64,000 bases of DNA, from positions 1-64,000 of the IMG/VR virus record IMGVR_UViG_3300022660_000065. One strand, written 5' to 3'. This DNA comes from a virus (Duplodnaviria > Caudoviricetes). The stretch's first letter is position 1. Each line of letters starts with the position of its first letter. The position numbers were made by a program, and so were the translations under genes. Shown here piece by piece: positions 19,133-28,696 of the stretch. The notes beneath the pieces are model-generated. The model saw nothing but the letters and a program-made list of their open reading frames with translations, was not told where the DNA came from and searched no databases.

Positions 19133-19714
19133 GTGAAATTGTCCAATGATGTGCAGGCATCTACAGTTATTCAAATCGAAAAAGGGGTAAAATCTGAAGT
19201 TAACCTTAATGGTAAAACTATAACCGCCGGCGTTTTTACTGAAAGTAATGGTGAAGTACTTGAAGGTGCTTCAGACAGTTACACTTTTTGGGTTAAAGAT
19301 GGAGGAGAACTTGTTATCGAAGGTGATGGTAATGTAGTTGCACAGGAAGCAACATACAGTATGGCTGTATGGGCTCAGGGTGGTAACGTAATTATCAAGG
19401 ATGGTAAGTTCTACAATGGAGGTGATGGTTGTGACCTTATTTATGCGAGTGCAGGTGGTAAAGTATATATCTATGGTGGCGAATTCCACGCAACCAAACG
19501 CGAGGGAGGAGAGACCGGAACCAAAAATGAGTATTCCGCACTTAACATTAAGGACAAGGATAGAAATAATTCGGAGATTGTTGTTTATGGCGGTAAATTC
19601 TTTGGATTCAACCCAGCAAACAACGTATCAGAAGGACCAAATACTAATTTTGTTGCTGAGGGTTATAAATCAGTTGAAACAAGTGAAGGCGTTTGGGAAG
19701 TTATGGCTATCTAA
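19133..19714 (+). CDS. beta-helix-like repeat protein
   Basis: GGxVxIxGGxF-type repeats (QGGNVIIKDGKFY, AGGKVYIYGGEF, IVVYGGKF); same frame as the upstream ORF. Confidence 0.7.
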   Translation: MKLSNDVQASTVIQIEKGVKSEVNLNGKTITAGVFTESNGEVLEGASDSYTFWVKDGGELVIEGDGNVVAQEATYSMAVWAQGGNVIIKDGKFYNGGDGCDLIYASAGGKVYIYGGEFHATKREGGETGTKNEYSALNIKDKDRNNSEIVVYGGKFFGFNPANNVSEGPNTNFVAEGYKSVETSEGVWEVMAI

Positions 19715-19733
19715 TAAGAAGATGAAATTAATT

Positions 19734-19768
19734 GAAAAGACAGCGTTAAACGCTGTCTTTTCTTTTAT
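19734..19768 (+). terminator. intrinsic terminator
   Basis: GAAAAGACAGCG-ttaaa-CGCTGTCTTTTC plus T run. Confidence 0.75.
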
Positions 19769-19804
19769 TCTTTAAAAACTATTTATTGAAAAAATCTGTG
19801 TTTT

Positions 19805-20299
19805 ATGGGGAAGATACAATTAAGTGAAAATCAATTCAATGATTTCATATTAAATATTGTTAAAGAAAGTGTTGAACATTTTTTAGATAAATGGGAGTAT
19901 GATAATCATGATGCGGGTCAGCAAAGATTAATGAATAATTATGATGGCGAGGCCATTGATGAAATGGATTCTACTATTGAACGTTATGGTTGGGAAATTG
20001 CGCCTATTATGAAAACAGTTGTTAGGAATGGTAAAGAATATACTGCCTATATTTGTATCCCTAAAGAAGGCGCACAGAGAATTGGCGATTGGGCTTATGT
20101 TGCAGGTGACTTGAATATGATAGCAAACAAATATGGTATGGTGGTTGAACATGGTCGTTACAAAGGTATTGTAACCAATACCCCTGAGATGGAAGAGAAA
20201 CCTAAGAAAGTGAAAAGAGGGATGGAACCTGAGGCTACTGCCGATAAATCAGGTGCACATTTCTTTATAATCAAACCGCGTTCAGAATCAAATTTTTAA
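19805..20299 (+). CDS. leader-tagged hypothetical protein
   Basis: MGKIQLSENQFNDFILNIVKESVEHFL; late motif at 19777-19786. Confidence 0.75.
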   Translation: MGKIQLSENQFNDFILNIVKESVEHFLDKWEYDNHDAGQQRLMNNYDGEAIDEMDSTIERYGWEIAPIMKTVVRNGKEYTAYICIPKEGAQRIGDWAYVAGDLNMIANKYGMVVEHGRYKGIVTNTPEMEEKPKKVKRGMEPEATADKSGAHFFIIKPRSESNF

Positions 20300-20300
20300 T

Positions 20301-23300
20301 ATGAGTAAACAAGCAGGATATCGTTATAAAGAGGCTATAAACGAGTCTCAGGAATCGGAGTCAATTAAGGCTGCGAGGAAACTTTATATGCAACGCCGTG
20401 GGGTGGATGAGACTGAAGCCGACAGATGGGTTCGTATTGACCTTCGTGGTGATATTCCTGCATTAAGAAGTAAACAAGGCGGAAAATTCATATTTGGTGT
20501 AACAAGAATGTTCCTTGATGGGGAAATCAGAAATGCTGAGACAATTGAAGGCATAAATACTGCTGTTCAATATGCATCATCAGAAGCGCATATAAAGGAG
20601 TATGATAGAAATCTTAATAACCTTTCAGCACAAGAGTTTATAAATAAGTTTGCTGACATGGCAAAAGCAGATTCGCAGGCAGATAGACAAGCACGTTCAC
20701 AAGAAGAATATTTAGGTGATTCCGAATATCAAATAATTCCAATCAACTCATTTGATGAGGCATTACAATATCGGGATTATACAAGTTGGTGTATCACCCG
20801 ATATGAAAATATGTATGATTCATATACTTCCAACGGAGTTGCACAATTTTATTTTTGCCTGAAAAATGGATTTGAAAATATTAAACCTATTGCAGGACAC
20901 AACTGTCCTTTGGATGAATATGGGCTTTCAATGATTGCTGTTTGTGTTGACAAGGATGGACGTTTAAAAACATGTACTTGTAGATGGAACCATGACAAAG
21001 GGGGTAATGACCATGTTATGGGCACAAAACAGATAAGTCAAGTTATCAATAGAAATTTTTATGAGGTTTTTAAACCCAATGATAAATGGGAAATGGCTTT
21101 TCAAAAAATCAAAGCCGATTTAAAAGCTGGTAAAGAATATCATCAGATTTTTGAATTTGTTTCGTCCCCTTCTGAGGGTATTACCAAGGTAAAATATGCA
21201 AAACAATGGAATTTCCTTAATGAAAACCGTGAATTCATATCAGAAACGTGGTTTGACCTTGCAACTGATTTTGCCAACGGTATAGCCGGAATACGAATTG
21301 AAAATAAATGGAATTTCATTAACAAACAAGGTCAATATATTTCACAGGAATGGTTTGCCAATATAAGTTGGGTTGGTGGTTATGATATTGAGACAAAGCA
21401 ACCTATATCTTGGATTCCTGTACAAAAATTTGGGGACCATTCTTGGTATTTTATGAATTATGATGGAAATTTTATGTCTGACCAAGGATGGGAAGAAATT
21501 GATTCGTTTTATAATGGATGGGCAAGAGTTAAATGGAAAACACAATTTAATTACATTAATGCTAATAATGAACTTATTAGTGATGAATGGTTTGTTGAAG
21601 CCAATCCTTTTCGTAATGGGTATGCGTGTGTGTACAGCAATAAAAGAGGATGGAATTGGTTGTCAACTCGCGGTAATCTGATTCTTCCTGACCATTACGC
21701 CGACTATTTAAAAAACTTTGATAAAGATGGCTATGCATTATTCAGACATGATGGTAAATGGGGTGTAATAACAAATGAATGCGAGGTTGTTGTTGAACCG
21801 CAATATCGTCATATAGATGGGGAAAATAGAGGGGTTGCGAGAGTAGAAAATGATGAGGGATTAAACAATTACATTTATATACCTACAGGCGAGATACTTC
21901 TTGATAAATGGGTTTCACAAGGTAGATTACCTCGTTTATATAAAAATTGTATATATGCTGAAGTTTACTGGAATGATAACGACCCATATCCAGAAGATGT
22001 GTTATTGAAAAAAATGACGGGAAGTTTTATGAGTAGATTTAGACACAATGAAAATAAAACAATCATTATATCCGAAAGACAGGCTGAATTACTTAAAGAA
22101 CATATATTGAATGAAGGGCTTTCACAGATAGTATATCATTTTACATCTATTGATAGCCTTTATGGAATTGTTATCAATAATAAATTTTATTTAAAATCAG
22201 GTATTTTTGGTGGTGGCTCTGACCTTGGCGGTGGAAAACGTATGTTTTACCTATCAACCACAAGAAATAGGAACGCCAAAGAAGGCTATTCTTTTATGGG
22301 TAAAACAAGTGTGCGTATAACACTTGATGGTGAAAAACTTGCTCAGAAATATCATGGTCAACCTTTTAATTATTGGGGAGACGATTCTTTAGGCCGTATG
22401 AAATATCTTAATCCTGAAAAAGTAGGAATGCCAAAAAGATGGGGACCTGGAGTAGGCAGACATGCTGAAGATGAAACTGAAGACCGAGTATGGTCTTATA
22501 AAGCAACCATAGAAAATGCTCTTTCGTATATAAAAAGAGTTGATGTCTGTATTTTTAATGAGAATGAAATCACTGAACTTGATACGAGGATAGCAAATAT
22601 GGAATCTCAAGGTAAGACTGAACTTGTTTATGCTTTGAAAAGGAAAAAAGAAACGCTTCTTCAGGAAAATGAAGAAATGAAACGAAAAGTATTTGATTTA
22701 AAACGTTCTTTAAAAGATAGGCTTTTCATATACGATAATGATGAAGCATTTGCATTTGGTGGTAATGGTTATGTTAACCCTGAATGGCTAAATGATTGGT
22801 CTAATGATGAGGGTATTAGGGATAGAATTGCTAATGCTTCCCAACATTCCAACTTCCGAACACAAGCAACGACAAAAAGAGCGTTGGCTGCTGCATTGGC
22901 CATTATGGTAGGGAAAATGTCACCAAAAGATTATAGAAAAGCAATCATCAGGTTTTGTGAACAATATGGTTTTAAAGACCTTATTGATAATGATATATTT
23001 AGAATGGTGACTGATTATATGTGGCGTTATTCAAATGATATTGCTTACATTGCATCGGAAATAAATCCTTCGTATAATCACAATAGGGAAGATATTGCGA
23101 AAATACAAAATATGCTTACACATTGGATGAGGAAAAACGGTTATTCATCATTAAGAGATATTAAACTTTTCGAGAATGAAGAAATAAAAAAAGTTCGTCA
23201 AGGAATGATTGCGTATGAGGAACATGAGCCTGATTATGAAATTGGGTTTGAAGGACCTGATGCATCTGACTATGCGCACATAATAAGTGAGGATGTTAAT

Positions 23301-24047
23301 CCTGAAGATGTTGACCTTTCATCATTTGAAATTAAGAAAAAACTTAATCCAAAATTTTGGAAAGACAATAAACTTGATTCAAGAGTTAGGTTAAAATTAC
23401 TTGATATTGCAGACGATTTTACTGATTTTCTTAATGTGAATTGGGTTAAACCTTCGGATATAACAATGACTGGTTCATTGGCGAATTATACTTGGAATGA
23501 AGAATATTCTGACATTGACCTTCATATTATATTGAATTATAAAGATGTTGATGAAAGAACGGATTTTGTTAAAAACTATTTTGATGCTAAGAAAAAAGAA
23601 TGGAATGAAAAACATAAAGATATAAAGATTTATGGTTTCCCAGTCGAAGTATATGTACAAAATGAAAATGAGCCACACAAATCAAGTGGTGTATATTCGT
23701 TGGAAAAGAATGAGTGGGTAACAGAACCCGATGTAAATAACTTTAGTGAGGATGATTATGACAAAAATAACGTCAAAACAAAAGTTGCTGATTTCATGAA
23801 TAAGATTGATGGACTTGAAAATGATTTTAATACAACTGATGACGAACATCAAATTGAAATAATTTTTGATGATGCCGAAAGTCTATTCAACGATATCAAG
23901 GATGAACGGAAAAATGCTTTTAAAGAAACAGATAAAGAACTTTCTGACGGAAATATTGTGTTCAAAACACTTAGAAGAAACGGATATATAGAAAAAATAT
24001 CAGATTTAAAAAACAAAACATACGATAAAATTAACTCTTTAGATTAG
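20301..24047 (+). CDS. 1248-aa polyvalent protein: WC-motif domain, WG repeats, internal leader, YHFT domain, pol-beta-type nucleotidyltransferase
   Basis: TSWCITR; repeated F.NG.A.V...KWNFI; NKTIIISERQAELLKEHILNE; YHFT...LSTTR; TGSLANY...YSDIDLH...VEVYVQ. Confidence 0.75.
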   Translation: MSKQAGYRYKEAINESQESESIKAARKLYMQRRGVDETEADRWVRIDLRGDIPALRSKQGGKFIFGVTRMFLDGEIRNAETIEGINTAVQYASSEAHIKEYDRNLNNLSAQEFINKFADMAKADSQADRQARSQEEYLGDSEYQIIPINSFDEALQYRDYTSWCITRYENMYDSYTSNGVAQFYFCLKNGFENIKPIAGHNCPLDEYGLSMIAVCVDKDGRLKTCTCRWNHDKGGNDHVMGTKQISQVINRNFYEVFKPNDKWEMAFQKIKADLKAGKEYHQIFEFVSSPSEGITKVKYAKQWNFLNENREFISETWFDLATDFANGIAGIRIENKWNFINKQGQYISQEWFANISWVGGYDIETKQPISWIPVQKFGDHSWYFMNYDGNFMSDQGWEEIDSFYNGWARVKWKTQFNYINANNELISDEWFVEANPFRNGYACVYSNKRGWNWLSTRGNLILPDHYADYLKNFDKDGYALFRHDGKWGVITNECEVVVEPQYRHIDGENRGVARVENDEGLNNYIYIPTGEILLDKWVSQGRLPRLYKNCIYAEVYWNDNDPYPEDVLLKKMTGSFMSRFRHNENKTIIISERQAELLKEHILNEGLSQIVYHFTSIDSLYGIVINNKFYLKSGIFGGGSDLGGGKRMFYLSTTRNRNAKEGYSFMGKTSVRITLDGEKLAQKYHGQPFNYWGDDSLGRMKYLNPEKVGMPKRWGPGVGRHAEDETEDRVWSYKATIENALSYIKRVDVCIFNENEITELDTRIANMESQGKTELVYALKRKKETLLQENEEMKRKVFDLKRSLKDRLFIYDNDEAFAFGGNGYVNPEWLNDWSNDEGIRDRIANASQHSNFRTQATTKRALAAALAIMVGKMSPKDYRKAIIRFCEQYGFKDLIDNDIFRMVTDYMWRYSNDIAYIASEINPSYNHNREDIAKIQNMLTHWMRKNGYSSLRDIKLFENEEIKKVRQGMIAYEEHEPDYEIGFEGPDASDYAHIISEDVNPEDVDLSSFEIKKKLNPKFWKDNKLDSRVRLKLLDIADDFTDFLNVNWVKPSDITMTGSLANYTWNEEYSDIDLHIILNYKDVDERTDFVKNYFDAKKKEWNEKHKDIKIYGFPVEVYVQNENEPHKSSGVYSLEKNEWVTEPDVNNFSEDDYDKNNVKTKVADFMNKIDGLENDFNTTDDEHQIEIIFDDAESLFNDIKDERKNAFKETDKELSDGNIVFKTLRRNGYIEKISDLKNKTYDKINSLD

Positions 24048-24103
24048 TTTTCAAATATATAAGATATTTATTGCAAAATAAGGAAAAAAATATAATCGAT
24101 TAT

Positions 24104-25753
24104 ATGGCTAATTTTGATGCTCAGCTCCAACGCATGCAAAGTCTGATGACTTATGGTGCTGTCAAAGAAAACAAGAAACAGGCAAGTGGCACTATGGAAT
24201 ATCATGCTATTGGTGCTGACGGTAAGGCTTACGGTATAATCCGTGAGAATCAGAAATTCTATATAAAAACAGCTCCGAAACAACACGAAATGGTTGCAGA
24301 GGCTTATGATTATATAGGAGGTTTCAACAACAAGAAACAATATGAGTATACTATGCTCAGCGATGCTAAGAAAAATTTCGACATGAAACTCATGGCAATC
24401 AAGGAATCTTATGCACCTAAAACAAATTTCTCTTTGTCAGATTTTGAGGTGAAAGGAGATGTCATGAGCGAGTGTGGTAAAAATATGATGAACGAAATTG
24501 CTCGTCAGCGGCAGATTATGAATAATGCTGCAGCAATCATGAACGAGGCATCAACAATAGGGTGTTCAAACACAGGAAATCCTGAAGCCCCAAAAACAAC
24601 ATCTTTCAACGCTAAAGTTGGCGAACCATTCGAAGAGACTGCAACAGCAGAACTTGATAAGGATTTCAACAAGACAGCATCTGACCCTGAGAAACAGGGT
24701 GAGCCATTCGGTGATAATGCAAAGACTGAGGAACCGAAAGATGCTGAATACGTACCAAGTGGGTCTGTAGCAAATCAGAAGCCAAAGGGTGGTAAAGTTG
24801 TTAAGGTTGATGAGTCCACCATGAAAGTTTGGGAGATGATGGCAAAACTCGACAAGAATTTCAATATCAATGAGGCTTGTGAGGAGTGGGGCTCATGTGG
24901 TCTTCCTTCTGATGAGGGTGTTGGTAGCCCTGAAGGACATCTTATGGAAGATGAGGAAATAGCAGGCCTTGATGATGAGGGAATGGAATTTGCGGAAGAT
25001 GAATTTGAATCTGTAGAGGAAGAGATGCCTGAAATAGAAGGTGAAGAAGTTCCTGAAGCAGAGGAAGAATTCGATGAAGATGAATTTGATTTCGAAGAAT
25101 TCGATGATGAGAATGCTGAAGGCGCAGAGCCTGAAGAGCCTGAAGAGGCTGAGGGTGCTGAAGAGGCTGAGGCAGACATGGAAAACCCCGAATCAAGCGA
25201 ACTTGACGAACTCCGTGCTGAAATAGAATCTCTTAAGGCACAGCTCGCAGAACTTAAAGGCGAGGAACCTGAAATGGGTGAAGAACCGGTAGAAGATGAC
25301 CTTGGAATTGAGGAACCTAATTTTGATGAAACTGAAATGGATGGCGCTGATGAATTTGCAGAAGAGCCTGAGATGGAAGACGAGCCTGCAGGTGAAGAAG
25401 TTGAAGAAACATTTGACCCTGAAATAGATGCTAACTATGAGGATGAACCTGATTTCGGACTTGATGAGGCGAGGAAGGCTGAACTTGAGTCGATAATCGA
25501 AGGACTTACTCAGAGATATCTTAACGAAGACAAACTTAATGTTTTTGGAAAACATCCGGGTTACAGAAAGAAGCCAATGACACTCCCTGCAACAGGTTCT
25601 GATGGTGACGAGAAAACAACTGATTGGAATGATGAGTCTGTTTATTCAGAACAGCCGTTCGGAGAGAAAATCGGAGACAGCGCACCATTTGAAAAGGCTA
25701 TCGAAAAAATTGTTGATAGCGTAATGGAAGGAATTACTAAAAAAAAAATCTAA
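24104..25753 (+). CDS. acidic head core/scaffold-like protein
   Basis: Long E/D/P-rich tract; in head gene cluster; late motif 24063-24071 favours ATG at 24104. Confidence 0.65.
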   Translation: MANFDAQLQRMQSLMTYGAVKENKKQASGTMEYHAIGADGKAYGIIRENQKFYIKTAPKQHEMVAEAYDYIGGFNNKKQYEYTMLSDAKKNFDMKLMAIKESYAPKTNFSLSDFEVKGDVMSECGKNMMNEIARQRQIMNNAAAIMNEASTIGCSNTGNPEAPKTTSFNAKVGEPFEETATAELDKDFNKTASDPEKQGEPFGDNAKTEEPKDAEYVPSGSVANQKPKGGKVVKVDESTMKVWEMMAKLDKNFNINEACEEWGSCGLPSDEGVGSPEGHLMEDEEIAGLDDEGMEFAEDEFESVEEEMPEIEGEEVPEAEEEFDEDEFDFEEFDDENAEGAEPEEPEEAEGAEEAEADMENPESSELDELRAEIESLKAQLAELKGEEPEMGEEPVEDDLGIEEPNFDETEMDGADEFAEEPEMEDEPAGEEVEETFDPEIDANYEDEPDFGLDEARKAELESIIEGLTQRYLNEDKLNVFGKHPGYRKKPMTLPATGSDGDEKTTDWNDESVYSEQPFGEKIGDSAPFEKAIEKIVDSVMEGITKKKI

Positions 25754-25782
25754 CTGAAAGCGATATCGAAGAAAGGAAAGTA

Positions 25783-26247
25783 TTGAAAGTGGGCTCGAAA
25801 GAGAAAGCACCTGCAATGCCTGAAGTTCCTGAGATTCCTGAAGCACCTGCAGATGATATGGGGGAAGACCCTATGATGGGAGGACCTGAAATGCCTGCAG
25901 CGGAAGAGGAAATGCCTGAAGTACCTGAAGTTCCCGAAACAGAGGGGGATGATGACAGCACAATGTCAATTATTAACCAACTTTCTGACGAAGATAGGGA
26001 ATCGGTACGTGCTTATGCTGAAAGCATGTTAAATAAAAGTGAGGGTGAAAATGAAGAAACACCTGAAGTTCCCGAGACAGAAGACATTCCTCAGATGAAT
26101 CCACAGGAAGGAAAACGTTTTACCAAGAAACAACTTAAAGAAGAGTTCGGTGTTAAACCTGAAGAGGATAGCGAAAAAAGAATGGTAAACAAAAAACGTA
26201 CTGACATAAAAAAGGGGAATCCTTTCAATCCACCAAAATTTAACTAA
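25783..26247 (+). CDS. acidic ORF, probable -1 frame extension of the preceding gene
   Basis: TTG start only; frame open from the A10 run (KKNLTESDIEERKVLK...). Confidence 0.6.
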   Translation: MKVGSKEKAPAMPEVPEIPEAPADDMGEDPMMGGPEMPAAEEEMPEVPEVPETEGDDDSTMSIINQLSDEDRESVRAYAESMLNKSEGENEETPEVPETEDIPQMNPQEGKRFTKKQLKEEFGVKPEEDSEKRMVNKKRTDIKKGNPFNPPKFN

Positions 26248-26251
26248 TATC

Positions 26252-26279
26252 AAGCCCACCAAACACGGTGGGCTTTTTT
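26252..26279 (+). terminator. intrinsic terminator
   Basis: AAGCCCACC-aaacac-GGTGGGCTT plus T run. Confidence 0.8.
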
Positions 26280-26317
26280 AATGATATAAACTATTTATAT
26301 GAATAAAAGGAAATGTT

Positions 26318-26641
26318 ATGGCTAAAACAATCTATATAACAGAAGCACAGTTAAATACGCTTAAAAAATATATTCAAGAAGAAGGAAACTCATTGGAGAT
26401 TACTGTAACCCCTGATGAAGGTGAGACTGTGGATGATGCAATTGCAAATTCTAAGGAGAATATTGAACAGGTGGCAGGCTCTCAAGCCGCTGCTGATACC
26501 AAATTCACTTTAAAGGGTAATGCGTTCGAAGGAAAGACTTATACTAAAAAAGAGATTGAAAAAAGCCGTCTTCATAAGACATTGAAGGAAGGTAAAAAAT
26601 ATACAAAAGAAGAATTCACAAAACATATCCTTAACAAATGA
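26318..26641 (+). CDS. leader-tagged small head-cluster protein
   Basis: MAKTIYITEAQLNTLKKYIQEE; late motif 26289-26299. Confidence 0.75.
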   Translation: MAKTIYITEAQLNTLKKYIQEEGNSLEITVTPDEGETVDDAIANSKENIEQVAGSQAAADTKFTLKGNAFEGKTYTKKEIEKSRLHKTLKEGKKYTKEEFTKHILNK

Positions 26642-27816
26642 GTAAAACAATCATCATAAACGAAAAGATATTGAACTCCCCTTTATTAAAGGAGGGGATT
26701 CTTCTTAATGAACTCCCTGATGATATCCGTCAACAATTAAAAAACAACGATACATCATTGGGCTCAAGCCCGGCATTTCCTGATGAATATGGCGATTCTT
26801 TCGATACTAAACTCACATTGAAACGTTTCGAGGAAACTAAGAAAATGCTTGAACGTATTGGGAAAATTGAAGGATGTGACAGTATTGAAAATGCATTGCC
26901 AATGCTTATTGAAAAATGTAAGAAAATAGAAGAACCAATTAAGGCTAATCTCGAAAAAATTGCATATAATTTTATTGTGGAACATTTTAATGTCCCTGAA
27001 GGTTCCATTAATTTTTCCACAGAACTTAAAGATAATCTTGAAGGCATTGGTATGAACGTAAGGGTTCAATCAGAGGATACTGATTTCGAGTTTGAAAATT
27101 CCGTTCATAAAAAAGAACTTAATGACGATATTAGAAAACGCAGGGTTATCAATGCACTCATGACCGGTGCGGCATTGAGGATATCTTCAAATATTAAACT
27201 GTACATCGCCGAGATATATGATTTGGAACCCAAACTCCCTGACTTATATCGAAAGATATTGGCATTGAATGATTATCTTCTTTTTACTAACATAAATGAT
27301 GTACCTGAGGATAAAACAAATCAATTAGGTATGTCTAAAATAACAATTGGTAATGAAGAGACGAAATCAGAGGTTGTTGTTGAGGCTTGCATTTTTCCAA
27401 TTCTTATATATGAAGAGGTGAGAGCATTTTTAGAACTTTCTGCAGCACATGGTCTTCCAATGAAAAAAGAAGAAGCGAATTATGTTATGTCCAAAGCAGA
27501 TTATCTTCAGGCAGAACCTTGGGATATGAGGCTCGGTCCTGCCATGTGGGATAAATTGTCTGATATGATGGGTGATGTTGATTCCAAACTAATTCCTTAT
27601 GTTTTTATGGAAATCTGTAAGTTAAAACCATCTAAATTCAACCTTCTTATGCAGGAAGTGCTTAGTGGAACAAAGAAAGGACATAGGGTTATACAAAATA
27701 TTGTACAATATTGCACCGAAAATTACGAATACGATGATTTTCAAAATCGCATGAAAAAAATGAATGCTGATATTGCAATAATCAACGATGAATATATAAG
27801 GCCTGAGGAGTTATAG
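26638..27816 (+). CDS. leader-tagged head-cluster protein
   Basis: MSKTIIINEKILNSPLLKE; ATGA overlap with the upstream gene. Confidence 0.75.
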   Translation: MSKTIIINEKILNSPLLKEGILLNELPDDIRQQLKNNDTSLGSSPAFPDEYGDSFDTKLTLKRFEETKKMLERIGKIEGCDSIENALPMLIEKCKKIEEPIKANLEKIAYNFIVEHFNVPEGSINFSTELKDNLEGIGMNVRVQSEDTDFEFENSVHKKELNDDIRKRRVINALMTGAALRISSNIKLYIAEIYDLEPKLPDLYRKILALNDYLLFTNINDVPEDKTNQLGMSKITIGNEETKSEVVVEACIFPILIYEEVRAFLELSAAHGLPMKKEEANYVMSKADYLQAEPWDMRLGPAMWDKLSDMMGDVDSKLIPYVFMEICKLKPSKFNLLMQEVLSGTKKGHRVIQNIVQYCTENYEYDDFQNRMKKMNADIAIINDEYIRPEEL

Positions 27817-27867
27817 TTTTGTACATTAAAAACTATTTATCTACTAGACATTAAAACATTTAAAATC

Positions 27868-28596
27868 ATGTTGAAATCAAATCTTACTGAGATAACAAAA
27901 AATAAAGTTGGAACCGGTCTTCTTTTGGAAAACGATGGCTACATTTCAATGTCTGAAGGAGAGAATAAAAAACTATTCGAATCTGTTAAGAAGATAAATG
28001 AGGGACTTAATGACGGTGAGTTTTACTGCCCTTATCCTTTTGTCGTACATGCTGTGTTCCAAAAATTTGGTATTGAAAACGCTAACGGGCGTATATATCC
28101 GGAAGATGTACTTAAAAAGCAAGTGGCGATATATCAGCAAAAGATAAACGAGAAACGCGCTTATGGGGAAACAAATCATCCGGATTCAAGAACATCAGTA
28201 AATCTTGACCTTGTTTCAATGAATATCCTTGAACTTCATTGGGAAGGACAGACACTTGTCGGACAACTTGAAGTAATCACAACACCGGGTTTTAGAAAGT
28301 ATGGTATCGCAAGTTCAACAGGAGACCTTACAGCAAATTTACTTCTTCAGGGCCTTAAAATAGGCGTGTCTTCAAGAGGTGTTGGTTCTGTTGAACATAA
28401 ATTTGGAAAGTACATAGTGGGGGACGATTATGAAATCATTTGTTGGGATTATGTTAGTGACCCAAGCACCAGAAATGCATGGGTTGACATCGAAAAAGAA
28501 AAATTAACCCCATATCTTGAAAATACGGAAAATAAAAAACCAATTCTTTCAGAGAATACAAAATTGGATAAATTTAGTAAATGGTTGAATGATTAA
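27868..28596 (+). CDS. prohead protease (T4 gp21-like)
   Basis: NANGRIYP, GETNHP, GVSSRGVGS, WDYVSDPS. Confidence 0.9.
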   Translation: MLKSNLTEITKNKVGTGLLLENDGYISMSEGENKKLFESVKKINEGLNDGEFYCPYPFVVHAVFQKFGIENANGRIYPEDVLKKQVAIYQQKINEKRAYGETNHPDSRTSVNLDLVSMNILELHWEGQTLVGQLEVITTPGFRKYGIASSTGDLTANLLLQGLKIGVSSRGVGSVEHKFGKYIVGDDYEIICWDYVSDPSTRNAWVDIEKEKLTPYLENTENKKPILSENTKLDKFSKWLND

Positions 28597-28696
28597 TTAA
28601 TTCATTTATTTCTATCTAAATTGTTCGTTTTTAGATATTTTCTGAAAATATATGATATTTATTTTAAAAATAATGTAAAAAATTGCTTGTTTTCTA

